Part shown: positions 16,820 to 26,138 of the stretch, in pieces
How positions within the stretch are numbered: the first letter of the stretch is position 1
Layout of the letters: the number at the start of each line of letters is the position of its first letter
Virus record (IMG/VR): IMGVR_UViG_3300033141_003735
Length of the DNA: 50,972 nt
Strand: one strand, 5' to 3'
Source of the DNA: a virus
Program-made: the position numbers and the translations under genes
Notes under the pieces: generated by a model
What the model saw: only the letters and a program-made list of their open reading frames with translations
Database searches by the model: none
Told to the model about the DNA's origin: nothing

Positions 16820-16999
16820 TTATTTTTTTGCCGGCAAAGGTGCAGGCTGATTTCCCAGCTGATAATGGAGTACGATTTTACCTGTGTCCTTATCCACCAG
16901 GATTCTCTCGCCCTCTCTGCCATAGATAGGATCCCAGGCAAAATATGATCCTGTGAACTTAAACCTTTTCCCTTTGTGATACTTGTATTGTTTTAGCAT
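16820..16999 (-). CDS. Small hypothetical protein (59 aa)
   Basis: ATG after AAAGGAG; translation MLKQYKYHKGKRFKFTGSYFAWDPIYGREGERILVDKDTGKIVLHYQLGNQPAPLPAKK. Confidence 0.35.
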   Translation of the reverse strand: MLKQYKYHKGKRFKFTGSYFAWDPIYGREGERILVDKDTGKIVLHYQLGNQPAPLPAKK

Positions 17000-17014
17000 A
17001 AGCTCTCCTTTGTT

Positions 17015-17548
17015 TTATTTAATGCCTAACTTTTCCTTGATTTGTTTTAGTTCTTCAGGTGATATTCTTGGATGTGTTTTTCTCCAAAATTCAGCACGAC
17101 ATATAGTTGAACAAAATTTTGAATGTGGTTTTTTTGCTATATATTTCTTTCCGCAATTTTTACATTTTTTAGAATAAAGTCTTAATTTCTTCTTTTTCTT
17201 TTTTTTAGGAAATTCATTTTTAATAACAGGGTTTGAAAAAGCTATTCTGAAAACTTTAGTAGGATACGTAATATTATACCCATTCTTTCCGGCAAAAGAT
17301 TTATAGTGACCTATCCATTTATTTTCCAATTTGTTTAATAATTTTAAATCTTCAGTTTTTTCAAGAATGCGAAACGAAAAGACTTCTTTGCCATATTTAT
17401 TATACGAATTCTGTAAATGTACATTGAAATGCTTATTATTTTTTAAAAGATATTTATGGTTTGAAAGCCTTTTGTCTAACTGCCTAGATTGCCCAATATA
17501 AATTTTATTGTTCAATTTGTTTTCTATACAGTAAATTCCCGCATTCAT
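17015..17548 (-). CDS. GIY-YIG homing endonuclease-like protein with C-terminal zinc ribbon
   Basis: GIYCIENKLNNKIYIGQSRQLDKRLSNH...NGYN is the GIY-YIG core. C-terminal CKNCGKKYIAKKPHSKFCSTIC. Confidence 0.8.
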   Translation of the reverse strand: MNAGIYCIENKLNNKIYIGQSRQLDKRLSNHKYLLKNNKHFNVHLQNSYNKYGKEVFSFRILEKTEDLKLLNKLENKWIGHYKSFAGKNGYNITYPTKVFRIAFSNPVIKNEFPKKKKKKKLRLYSKKCKNCGKKYIAKKPHSKFCSTICRAEFWRKTHPRISPEELKQIKEKLGIK

Positions 17549-17739
17549 TTTCTTTCCAATTTTTGTATCTTCTTTTCAAGCTCAATTACTTTTTGTCTCA
17601 AAGTATGATTTCCCTTTCTCATTTCATTCCAATAAGCTTTTTGGTGTTCAGGGCAACAGAATTTTTGCCAAAAAACTTTAGGCTCAAATTCCTTGCCACA
17701 ATAAGGACATTTCCTTTTTGAAAGGTTCTTGATGGTCAT
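17545..17739 (-). CDS. Zinc-ribbon protein
   Basis: CPYCGKEFEPKVFWQKFCCPEH followed by a coiled-coil tail. Confidence 0.45.
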   Translation of the reverse strand: MTIKNLSKRKCPYCGKEFEPKVFWQKFCCPEHQKAYWNEMRKGNHTLRQKVIELEKKIQKLERK

Positions 17740-17778
17740 TTTATTATGTCTCCTTGTGAATGCATTTTATACATCTAT

Positions 17779-17807
17779 AATATAACGATTAAACGTGCTC
17801 TTGTCAA
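17779..17807 (-). promoter_or_regulatory. Sigma-70-type promoter (TTGACA-17-TATATT)
   Basis: Minus-strand TTGACA at 17807..17802 and TATATT at 17784..17779; GGAG Shine-Dalgarno site and ATG at 17739 follow. Confidence 0.55.
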
Positions 17808-17825
17808 CCCCCAAAGCAAAATAAT

Positions 17826-18002
17826 TTATATTCCCCTTTTCTCTAGATACGCCCTAATCAGCATCAATGCCATTTGCCCAGGTTTATTCTGCCCCCATAG
17901 CCACCGGCGTATAGTCTGAGCACTGATCCCAATCTCTCTGGATATAGCCTCTACAGATACACCGGATTTATTGATTTTTCTCAATGCTTCGATTTCTTTC
18001 AT
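17826..18002 (-). CDS. Cro/XRE-like HTH DNA-binding protein (58 aa)
   Basis: My translation: MKEIEALRKINKSGVSVEAISREIGISAQTIRRWLWGQNKPGQMALMLIRAYLEKRGI. Confidence 0.5.
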   Translation of the reverse strand: MKEIEALRKINKSGVSVEAISREIGISAQTIRRWLWGQNKPGQMALMLIRAYLEKRGI

Positions 18003-18068
18003 GTTTTAACCTCTCCATTTTAATTTTACCATACGACCCAGAGCGCCAAAGACACTCTGAGTTTCTGC

Positions 18069-18299
18069 TTATGCTTCTTCAGGTATGGACTCGGTATCTT
18101 TTGCTATTACCGTTACTACTGTCTTGTGTAAATCAAAAATATGAGGACCTTCCTTTAAACATTGTTTCGCATCTTCTTCGGATAATCCCGCTTTCTTCGC
18201 TTCTTTTTGAAACTCTTCAAAGCTATCTGTAATTGTCGCAACGACCGGATTACCTTGATACAGGTGAAAGATTTTTCTTACTTCTTTTTTTGTTTTCAT
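18069..18299 (-). CDS. Hypothetical protein
   Basis: 76-aa ORF. Confidence 0.35.
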   Translation of the reverse strand: MKTKKEVRKIFHLYQGNPVVATITDSFEEFQKEAKKAGLSEEDAKQCLKEGPHIFDLHKTVVTVIAKDTESIPEEA

Positions 18300-18318
18300 T
18301 TTATCCTCCTATTTTAAT

Positions 18319-18519
18319 TTACCATTGACCGTTCTTTTTATCCGGCTCAAATTCTTCGCCAAATACTTTTTTGTGTCGGCTGCAATAGATGTTGTAAAAC
18401 TCCTGATGCGTGCACGGAGCTAAATCTTGGTGTAATATTTCCCTCAGTCCATCATCCATTAACATTACAGCCGCTTCAAAATCAATCATTTTGCCTTGTG
18501 ATGTTTTTACTTTAATCAT
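18319..18519 (-). CDS. Hypothetical protein
   Basis: 66-aa ORF. Confidence 0.35.
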   Translation of the reverse strand: MIKVKTSQGKMIDFEAAVMLMDDGLREILHQDLAPCTHQEFYNIYCSRHKKVFGEEFEPDKKNGQW

Positions 18520-18552
18520 TTTATCCTCCTGTTTTTAATTGCCAAAACCGGA

Positions 18553-18765
18553 TCACTCTCCTGTTCCAGAGCTTTCAAACCCTTTGACATATGCTTTTGC
18601 TTGTGCGTTTTTATCCATTATTGCTTTGCATCTTTTATATGTTTTCCACGCCCAAGCATCATTGTGCAGCCTATCAACGGCTCCCTGTTTCCAAGCCGCC
18701 TGTTCTTTTTCTGTTAATTCCATTTCCCTCTCCTTTGTTTGTTTTATTTCTTTTTTCTCTCTCAT
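18553..18765 (-). CDS. Hypothetical protein
   Basis: 70-aa ORF beginning 12 nt after a promoter -10 element. Confidence 0.35.
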   Translation of the reverse strand: MREKKEIKQTKEREMELTEKEQAAWKQGAVDRLHNDAWAWKTYKRCKAIMDKNAQAKAYVKGFESSGTGE

Positions 18766-18777
18766 TGTTCTATATAT

Positions 18778-18806
18778 AATATACTATTTGTATATACATT
18801 TGTCAA
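18778..18806 (-). promoter_or_regulatory. Sigma-70-type promoter (TTGACA-17-TATATT)
   Basis: Minus-strand TTGACA at 18806..18801 and TATATT at 18783..18778. Confidence 0.55.
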
Positions 18807-18906
18807 GTCTTTTTTACAAAAAAATAGGGAAAATATGAAAATAATTCCATCGTTAAATTGCTGAAAATACATAAGTTACAAAAAAAATATAAAAAAAATA
18901 AAAAAT

Positions 18907-19035
18907 TTATTTATTTTTTAGATAATTTTTTATAATTTTTCGCATTAATTGACCCAAAGACCATTCCTTTTTTTTAGATAATTTTTTTAAGTTTTTTAAG
19001 TCTTGTTCCTCAACCCAAAAACTAAATAATTTCAT
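18907..19035 (-). CDS. Ribbon-helix-helix (CopG/Arc-like) small protein, paralog of 44501..44644
   Basis: My translation: MKLFSFWVEEQDLKNLKKLSKKKEWSLGQLMRKIIKNYLKNK. ATGA overlap with the GIY-YIG stop. Confidence 0.5.
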   Translation of the reverse strand: MKLFSFWVEEQDLKNLKKLSKKKEWSLGQLMRKIIKNYLKNK

Positions 19036-19466
19036 TTAAATTTCTCCCATTTTATTCTATTTCTTTCATTAATTTCGGGTTTTATTTTTTCGATCAGTCT
19101 GGCTTCTAACATTTTTCTTTCAAACCTTCTTTTATCTTTCCTTACTTTTAAATTAATATTTTTATATCCCCAAAATTCTCCAGTGATTAAATATTTATTT
19201 AAATGACTTTTCAATCTATTTCCTATATTTTTAGATTCGCCTATATAAAGACATTTTTTCCCGGAAAATATAGCATACACACCACTAAAATTTAATTTAG
19301 TGAACTTAAATAATTTTCTAAATAAAAGTTTCTTGAATAATTCAAGATAAATTTTAGGTTTATATGTAATGATAAATCTTACCCATTTTCCAGGAACAAA
19401 ATTTTTATATCCTGAAAATAAAATTATTTTCACATTATTATAGTTATCGATTTTTTCTTTTTTCAT
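19032..19466 (-). CDS. GIY-YIG nuclease-domain protein (start revised to the ATG at 19466)
   Basis: FSGVYAIFSGKKCLYIGESKNIGNRLKSH is the GIY-YIG core. The upstream part of the tracked ORF covers the gene's own promoter. Confidence 0.65.
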   Translation of the reverse strand: MKKEKIDNYNNVKIILFSGYKNFVPGKWVRFIITYKPKIYLELFKKLLFRKLFKFTKLNFSGVYAIFSGKKCLYIGESKNIGNRLKSHLNKYLITGEFWGYKNINLKVRKDKRRFERKMLEARLIEKIKPEINERNRIKWEKFK

Positions 19467-19475
19467 AGTATTTAT

Positions 19476-19505
19476 ATTATAATACATTATATTATTTACT
19501 GTCAA
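19476..19505 (-). promoter_or_regulatory. Sigma-70-type promoter (TTGACA-18-TATAAT), 9 nt upstream of the GIY-YIG ATG
   Basis: Minus-strand TTGACA at 19505..19500 and TATAAT at 19481..19476. Confidence 0.55.
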
Positions 19506-19849
19506 TAAAAAATTTAAATTTTTTTACTTATGTTATCACCCCTGTTGACGGGGGGTGAGATGGTGAATTACAGGTTTAAATTTCCCGAATCTTCCCCAGA
19601 AAATAAAAGCCCCTGAATTGGCGTATGGTGCTGTTTATACATATGATTAATGCAAATATATACGTAAAAAATAAATCTTCGTGTACGGGCGTTTTTGGGG
19701 TTCATTAAGTTGCTGATATTATTATAATTACGGGGAATCTATCAAAAAAGGTTAAAAAATCCAAATTTGATATTTGAATATATTTGTAACTTGTTTATTT
19801 TTAGCTATTTACTATATAGGTAAAGTTGTCTATACAGATGACTTAATAA

Positions 19850-20812
19850 TCATTGTATTTCACCCACAAAATCCAATAACTTTTGAAAGTTACTTCCCTC
19901 ACCCCACCCAAAATTAAGAAGTGAATAGACCTGGATTCCCTCGGAATTCTGGTACATCATTTTCATGAAACTCTTTATCTGCTTAAGGTTATGGTCACGA
20001 GTATGAAGCTCATTACATATCAAGGGTTTCCCTGCTTCTCTGTCAATATCAATGCTGGTCTTTGTCCACTGCCTATGATGAGTCACTATCTGATACTTAC
20101 TGGTCGCTTGCTTCAATTCCTCTGCATATTCTTTCCCATGAGCTGAACTCCCCCACGCTCCAGCACCGATAAGTCCACCATGACTTGTAACATAGTTAAT
20201 AATAGCTACGACTTCATTCACATGGTATCGGTCACAAAACTCATTATGAGAATCAAAAAAAACAGGTAAATCTTTCAAAGCGTCAAAAGTATCCTTCCAA
20301 TGAGCCTGGTATGGTCTATTGGGGTATCCTGCATCAAATAGCTCAACCTCAACCACAATTCCTGATGCAAGATAATCCTTTATTTCTTGCTTTGCAAATG
20401 CAATATTTTTAGGGATAATAACCCGTATATAATTAGCCTTTGACTTCTTTATGGCTTGTTTAATCCAGGCGTAAGAATAGTCATGCTTAGGGTCGCTTAA
20501 ATCCCCAGAACCAACAGCAAGCATCTCTCGCTTTGAAATCCCAAGAAGCTTAGTCTCCTTACCGTTTACAGAGAACTTGCCATTTTTAATTTCTATGGAC
20601 TTTATAGCCTTATTATTAGGACTTGGCTGACCGTTCTTGCATTCCAAAAGCTCCCTTTTAAGACGGTTAATTTCAGTTTCTTGTCTTACAATTATTTTAT
20701 CTTTTTTTTCACATTGAGAATAACAGTCTTCAGCGTCTTGAGAGATGTTGTCATTGATTTTTTGCAGTTCTTTTATCTGCTCTTTATACTTCTTGCAAAG
20801 ATTAAAACACAT
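19850..20812 (-). CDS. Glycoside hydrolase-like TIM-barrel protein (clan GH-A/GH5-like) with N-terminal coiled coil
   Basis: FFDSHNEF is an acid/base NE-like motif and KPLICNELHT is a nucleophile E-like motif. It is the last gene of the tail operon. Confidence 0.45.
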   Translation of the reverse strand: MCFNLCKKYKEQIKELQKINDNISQDAEDCYSQCEKKDKIIVRQETEINRLKRELLECKNGQPSPNNKAIKSIEIKNGKFSVNGKETKLLGISKREMLAVGSGDLSDPKHDYSYAWIKQAIKKSKANYIRVIIPKNIAFAKQEIKDYLASGIVVEVELFDAGYPNRPYQAHWKDTFDALKDLPVFFDSHNEFCDRYHVNEVVAIINYVTSHGGLIGAGAWGSSAHGKEYAEELKQATSKYQIVTHHRQWTKTSIDIDREAGKPLICNELHTRDHNLKQIKSFMKMMYQNSEGIQVYSLLNFGWGEGSNFQKLLDFVGEIQ

Positions 20813-21066
20813 TATTTTCTCTCTTTAGGAGGCTTTTCTTTTGTTATTTTAAGCATCTTTTTCCGTATGAAATATCTTTCTAACTTATCAAATTCCCATT
20901 CGCTTAACTCTTTCCGAGGTATCCCTAGCTCCTCTTTCATCCTGGAAATCGTCTTGCTAAACTCAATCCTCATCCTATTTAACTGTTGCTGCACCTGATT
21001 GATTTGATTGACTTTGATATTCAAAAGTTCCCTTTGGCTTTCTAATAGTTCTTTTTTATTGCTCAT
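20812..21066 (-). CDS. Coiled-coil hypothetical protein
   Basis: 84-aa ORF. Confidence 0.35.
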   Translation of the reverse strand: MSNKKELLESQRELLNIKVNQINQVQQQLNRMRIEFSKTISRMKEELGIPRKELSEWEFDKLERYFIRKKMLKITKEKPPKERK

Positions 21067-21241
21067 CTAGCACCTCCAAAATATCTTCCAAAATCTCTTT
21101 TAATCCTGAATCCTTAACTTTTTTTAATCGATTTCTATCTTTCAGCCTTTCTATAGCCTGTCTTTTTCGCTCTTGTTTTTGCTTTAAGTCTGATAATTTA
21201 TTCTTTATAGCCATTCTTCTATCTCTTCTGGCGGTTGCCAT
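21056..21241 (-). CDS. Hypothetical basic helical protein
   Basis: 61-aa ORF. Confidence 0.3.
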   Translation of the reverse strand: MATARRDRRMAIKNKLSDLKQKQERKRQAIERLKDRNRLKKVKDSGLKEILEDILEVLDEQ

Positions 21242-21480
21242 TCTTTATTTTCTTCGGCTTCCTCTGTTTCAAGGTTAATATAATATTTCCCAAGTGAAGC
21301 GTTTTCTATAAAATCTTCAGGGAATTCCGAATCTGAAGCATAAAACAAATCCACGTTTTCCCATTTAATTCCGCTTCCTATTTCACAATCCCGTTCTTTA
21401 TTTATTGCCTGTTCAGAAGGTTGACCTGTTCTTATCGGTACGCTTATCTCACCTGTTTTTTTGTTATATAGAAAATACAT
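21205..21480 (-). CDS. Hypothetical protein downstream of the tail fibre (possible fibre assembly factor)
   Basis: 91 aa; call rests on position only. Confidence 0.3.
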   Translation of the reverse strand: MYFLYNKKTGEISVPIRTGQPSEQAINKERDCEIGSGIKWENVDLFYASDSEFPEDFIENASLGKYYINLETEEAEENKEWQPPEEIEEWL

Positions 21481-21492
21481 TTCATTATCTCC

Positions 21493-23919
21493 TTAATAAG
21501 CCGCCGCTTGGTCTGCACTGGCATTTCCTGCTGTGCCTGGGTCGCTGTGGTTACCAGATGAACCAGAACATTCAGTGCCTGAACATCTTATTTGACCTGA
21601 ATACTGAGCATAAGTTCCCCATATGCCATTGTTATCACCAAAACATGCATATATATAAGCAAAACCTCCGGACTCTACTAAGACGCCCCGTCTATTATTA
21701 TCACTAATTCCACAAGTATATACCCATAAATACTGATTAACTCGTGATAATATGCCCCCAAAGGCTGCATGATTGGAAGTATTATTATTGACGATACCAC
21801 AACTAGAAAATATGATATAATTATTATATAATAAAGTTAATCCTCTTCCTCCTGCGTAAAAACCACAATACTCAAAATGAATATCTTCATTTATTTGTAC
21901 ATTTAATATGGTTCCAGTTGCATCATTTAAGCCAGTCCCTCGGTGTATTATTTTTACACTATTATTAGAAAGAACAAGTGCTTTATCTCTTGTCGCTTCC
22001 CCATCAATTAAAGCCCCCACAATCAAATATCTACTGGTATTATCAGGCTGAGTTCCAGGCCATGAAGCTACTGTTATTGAAGTCGCATCAGAATCTGTAA
22101 TCTTCACAAATCCATTATCCGTTCCTGTCCCATCCACGATTAATACCCAGCAATCAATAAACCTATCAACCGCCCAAGATTGGCTTGAATCAACAAGAGT
22201 CGTTGCTGTCGCTGAAGAAGCTGTAGGCAATATACCGCTTTGAGGAAAATGTTCCTCAGCTTTGATGGTTATTTCGGCATCGCTTGTTAACCCATTTTTA
22301 TTCTTTAGTTCACAAGTCTCAGTTAATATCGTCCCCTTCTTAATTGTCACTGTTACCGCATGTGCAATCAAATCAGGCATATCGGCTATCATATCTGCCC
22401 AAGTTGCATAATCACCGCCAGAACCTATAGTCTTACTCCAGGCGGCTGTAGTCTTATTGGAAAGATTGGGCACGTCTTCTAAATCCTTGTTATTCCATGA
22501 AAACGCCGCCCCTGCCTGCCCAGAGAGGTCGGATAAGACATCAGTCGGACTTCTAAATTCCACAGCATCTGGAGTGGCATTGACTCGTAAGAAATATCCA
22601 GCACTTCCAGTATAATTGGCAGGCGTATCTGTTAATCCTAAAAATGTAGACACACCCCCACCGCCTGCCTCTGCTATCCACCTGCTTGTCCCCGCATCCC
22701 AGGATAATACATCATTGTCATTAGGGGTCTCTGCGTTCACGTCCACCAAATCGCTGAGCTTTGGCGGGAAAGTCGTAGGAAACAATTCCTTATAAGCTGA
22801 CTTAACAGTCAGCAGATTTGCCCCAGACTTTTGAACTACGATTTTAGCTGCCAAAACTCCAAAATCACTGACTAATTCCGGGACGCTGTCGGGAAGCACT
22901 GCGTTTTCAGCCTCTGCCAGCTTGTAATTTCCTTGCCCGTAGACCACGTTTATGTCGCTGTCAAAATGGATATAGACCCAGTGGACTCCATAACGGTTTG
23001 CTGTGAGCGTTGCAAGAGCCCCAGAACCATCATCATAGTGGGTATTATCGATTTGCTGTTGACCTGTGACTTTTGTCCAGCCCCCACCGCCGTCTCTATA
23101 CCAATAAGTGAATCTATCTGCCCCAGACGTATCCTGTGCCGAGGTTTCTATCTTGTTAAGCCCAAAATAAAAAACGCCCGCCCCAGAGGTCAGATACCTC
23201 TGTCCGGTCTCTGATATTTCCCCGCCTGAAGCACGCTCGAATCCTCTGACGCTTATCAGCCTTTCGTGTTCGTTATATGCTAATTCAGTTAACCTAATTC
23301 CAAAGCTTAAGATATGAAGCGTTGTCCCTTCCCTGTAGACTTTGCCGAGGATAAATTCTGTCCGCCCGTCAAGCGTAGTCCTATCAGTCGTTACCCCTAT
23401 AACAGGAGCTCCACCATTATAATCCATGTAAACATAATTTATCATATTATCAGTCAAGGCTATTCCGGTATCTGCATCCCAATCAAAAGATTTTGTGACC
23501 CCTGTAGCTGAATCAGTTGTCTTTATGAACCCAGTTCCAGCTGCTACGTCTATAGTCCCGTTATGTGCTGCATTCTCTGTTATCTCTCCGCCACAGATAC
23601 GTCCAGCAGATTGTATGATATCCAGCCAGTCCTGAAAGTCATCATAAGTCGGCGTCCCTATGCTTTCTATAGGGTGGTCATGAGCGCCCACATCAGTTAA
23701 TTCGGTATGGCTTACATAGCCGAATTCTATGCTGTCCTCATCGCTGTTTACTTTGGCTACCTTACCAGCACTCTCAGCAAAAGTGGAAGGCGTCCCTAGC
23801 AAATCAGTATAAACCGAAACACCCCTAGCTGCTTTAATTCGGACAGATTTGATTTGTCTTGAAAGCCTGTCTCCTAAAGCCTCAAGCTCATTGAAAGTCG
23901 CTGGTCTTTGTCCATGCAT
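21493..23919 (-). CDS. Tail fibre / receptor-binding protein with C-terminal beta-helix-like region
   Basis: 808 aa, rich in G/T/S/N. C-terminal repeats NNNTSNHAAFGG...DNNRRGVLVESGG...GDNNGIWG resemble pectate-lyase-fold turns. Located in the tail module. Confidence 0.55.
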   Translation of the reverse strand: MHGQRPATFNELEALGDRLSRQIKSVRIKAARGVSVYTDLLGTPSTFAESAGKVAKVNSDEDSIEFGYVSHTELTDVGAHDHPIESIGTPTYDDFQDWLDIIQSAGRICGGEITENAAHNGTIDVAAGTGFIKTTDSATGVTKSFDWDADTGIALTDNMINYVYMDYNGGAPVIGVTTDRTTLDGRTEFILGKVYREGTTLHILSFGIRLTELAYNEHERLISVRGFERASGGEISETGQRYLTSGAGVFYFGLNKIETSAQDTSGADRFTYWYRDGGGGWTKVTGQQQIDNTHYDDGSGALATLTANRYGVHWVYIHFDSDINVVYGQGNYKLAEAENAVLPDSVPELVSDFGVLAAKIVVQKSGANLLTVKSAYKELFPTTFPPKLSDLVDVNAETPNDNDVLSWDAGTSRWIAEAGGGGVSTFLGLTDTPANYTGSAGYFLRVNATPDAVEFRSPTDVLSDLSGQAGAAFSWNNKDLEDVPNLSNKTTAAWSKTIGSGGDYATWADMIADMPDLIAHAVTVTIKKGTILTETCELKNKNGLTSDAEITIKAEEHFPQSGILPTASSATATTLVDSSQSWAVDRFIDCWVLIVDGTGTDNGFVKITDSDATSITVASWPGTQPDNTSRYLIVGALIDGEATRDKALVLSNNSVKIIHRGTGLNDATGTILNVQINEDIHFEYCGFYAGGRGLTLLYNNYIIFSSCGIVNNNTSNHAAFGGILSRVNQYLWVYTCGISDNNRRGVLVESGGFAYIYACFGDNNGIWGTYAQYSGQIRCSGTECSGSSGNHSDPGTAGNASADQAAAY

Positions 23920-23934
23920 TTCTCAAGCCTCTAT

Positions 23935-25464
23935 TTAATACGATAGCTCATCCAGAAGAGCCACGCAATTTACCGTCCCTGTACTTATCCTTTTTGTCAA
24001 ACTTAGCTGCCGGAATATGACAGTGTCAAAAGCCCCAGTCGCTGAATCAGCCCTGTCACGTGATATAAGCACTTTTTCAGTAGGCAGAGCGTCAAAAGCA
24101 TAACCGCTTACTTCATAGCTTATTTTTTTCTGGGGAACTTCTATTAGAACCATATAAATATCAGCCAGGTTCTCAGCGTCTGAAGCGTCTTTAAGATAAG
24201 TCTCAATAGGTAAAGTGCTTTTCCGTTTATAGAGGTACTGGGCTATATCAGACGTTGATTCCCTTTTTTTGTATTTCATCGAGGACGGATCTTGATCATA
24301 AAGGATCTGAACCTTATAATAAATGCTTTTAGCATCTCTTATACAGCTAAATGCTAAAAAGTCCTCATTCTTAAGGTGTGTGGTCCCAGAGGGTACGCCA
24401 GCTTCATAGAAAGGCACAGCCCACTTTCCGTCTAGTTTCGGAAGGAATTTAAAAAGAGCTCCGGATTCCAGTCGGGTCAATATCGTCTGAAAGGATTCTT
24501 CTCTATTTAGGTATAGGTTTATGGATTCCGGATGTTCTGTTTCTAAATCATCAAAAGAAGAGATGTCTAGCAAATCAAGCGAGCGTCCCATAACAGTAAC
24601 CCAAAGATGCTTTAGGACTCCAGAGTGCGTATTAATGAGATTCCCAAAATTATCTACATATCCTTTAGCTCCCACTCTGACATCTGAATCGCTTGTGAAC
24701 TGATAATATTTATTTTGCAGGAGGGTTATCGTTGCATTAAAATCAGATACATCTTTCCGTTCAGTGAATCCCCCGACTCTTGTTTCCTGGTCATTTTCAT
24801 AAATAGAAAGCCGAAAATAATTTGTAGGGTTCCCGACTTTTTTGACCCATACGATGACTCTGGTTATATAGTAACTATCAGCCGGCATAAGAAAACTTTG
24901 TGCTATTTTTGTCCTTATCCCAGCATCCCTAAGAGGATAATCCGCATCATAATTAGATTTGTCATGCTCGACAACAATCTCTTCATCCCCGTCTAAAGTC
25001 TTTTTCCCGTAAATCTTAAAACACAAATCTACCCCAGCATCACCTACCCAATTACCAGCTCCGTCTATTTTGTAGTACTGACCATCTCCGTATCCAGCCC
25101 CAGAATCTCCGCCTATCTCCACATAATCAGTCCCGTTTATCCCAAAATCTCCCTGGAATACAATGATATAGTTTTGGTTTCCAGCACAATAAGGCATACC
25201 GTAGATCGTAAACTGAGCATTGGCTAAATCAGTCTCATAATTTTCATCTTCAGCAAGGTCAATTCCGTCTACTTCGACAGTGTCTATAGCCTTAATTTCA
25301 CGATAAGCTATTTGATATTTCATTACGGTCGTATCAATGCACACTGGTTCTATTCCATCTTTTTCACCATAAAACTCTGGGATTACGTAACCGTCTTTTC
25401 CAGAGTCTATATTCGGAAAATTAGATACCCAGAATTTATACTTAGGAAGCATCTCTGTAATCAT
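23935..25464 (-). CDS. Tail tip / baseplate-like structural protein
   Basis: 509 aa, tail module synteny. Confidence 0.45.
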   Translation of the reverse strand: MITEMLPKYKFWVSNFPNIDSGKDGYVIPEFYGEKDGIEPVCIDTTVMKYQIAYREIKAIDTVEVDGIDLAEDENYETDLANAQFTIYGMPYCAGNQNYIIVFQGDFGINGTDYVEIGGDSGAGYGDGQYYKIDGAGNWVGDAGVDLCFKIYGKKTLDGDEEIVVEHDKSNYDADYPLRDAGIRTKIAQSFLMPADSYYITRVIVWVKKVGNPTNYFRLSIYENDQETRVGGFTERKDVSDFNATITLLQNKYYQFTSDSDVRVGAKGYVDNFGNLINTHSGVLKHLWVTVMGRSLDLLDISSFDDLETEHPESINLYLNREESFQTILTRLESGALFKFLPKLDGKWAVPFYEAGVPSGTTHLKNEDFLAFSCIRDAKSIYYKVQILYDQDPSSMKYKKRESTSDIAQYLYKRKSTLPIETYLKDASDAENLADIYMVLIEVPQKKISYEVSGYAFDALPTEKVLISRDRADSATGAFDTVIFRQLSLTKRISTGTVNCVALLDELSY

Positions 25465-26138
25465 TGTTCCCTCGGATCTAATATTTCAAAAACCACTTCC
25501 TCGTCTGACCATTCAATGTTTCCTATGACGCCACGCCATAAAGTCGCCACGTCTCCAATCGGAGCTCCCAGCTTCGCCACTTTCAGAAGTATGCTTTTCC
25601 ACTCATAGACGTACGTTGAAAGCCGGGAGTCCCAGTAGCCGTCAGCATTTATTAACCTCACGTCTCCGAACCCCAGAGAAAACCCACCCTGGTAATAATC
25701 AGACACTGCCTGTTCTATATCCGGCAAGTCTTCGCTCCTAAGGTAGGGGAGATAATATTTTCCGTTATAAAGCACTGGTTCGTCTTCATCCTGGATATTG
25801 ACGTAATATTCCCAGTGGTAAGCGACAAGGAAAAGCGCTCCACTTGTGCCCGGGTCATCTGACTCACTGTTTCTGACCCAAAGATATTGATTATCTTCGT
25901 CATAGTAAAACCCCATACCACCTGATAAGTCATTAAGCGTTACAAGGTTTTCGCATTCTGTGTATTCTTGGCCTTCTTCTTCTACCTTAGACACCTCTGA
26001 TTCGTGGGTAATTCTCCAGCAGTTGGTATATACGCCATGCTGAATCCAGCTCTCTGTGTCTATCCTTAAGGCAGGCTCCATCTCCACCATGAATACCTTT
26101 TCCCAGTCAGCGGCAGAGACTATATCTTCAAAGCCCAT
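25461..26138 (-). CDS. Tail structural protein
   Basis: 225 aa, translationally coupled within the tail module. Confidence 0.4.
   Translation of the reverse strand: MGFEDIVSAADWEKVFMVEMEPALRIDTESWIQHGVYTNCWRITHESEVSKVEEEGQEYTECENLVTLNDLSGGMGFYYDEDNQYLWVRNSESDDPGTSGALFLVAYHWEYYVNIQDEDEPVLYNGKYYLPYLRSEDLPDIEQAVSDYYQGGFSLGFGDVRLINADGYWDSRLSTYVYEWKSILLKVAKLGAPIGDVATLWRGVIGNIEWSDEEVVFEILDPREQ

Noticed and set aside
18910-18995. Direct repeats ttttttagataatttttt suggesting iterons or a mini-array in an AT-rich intergenic region
   Set aside because: They fall inside the 42-aa RHH ORF (codons KKLSKK and KNYLKN). This is compositional repetition within coding sequence.
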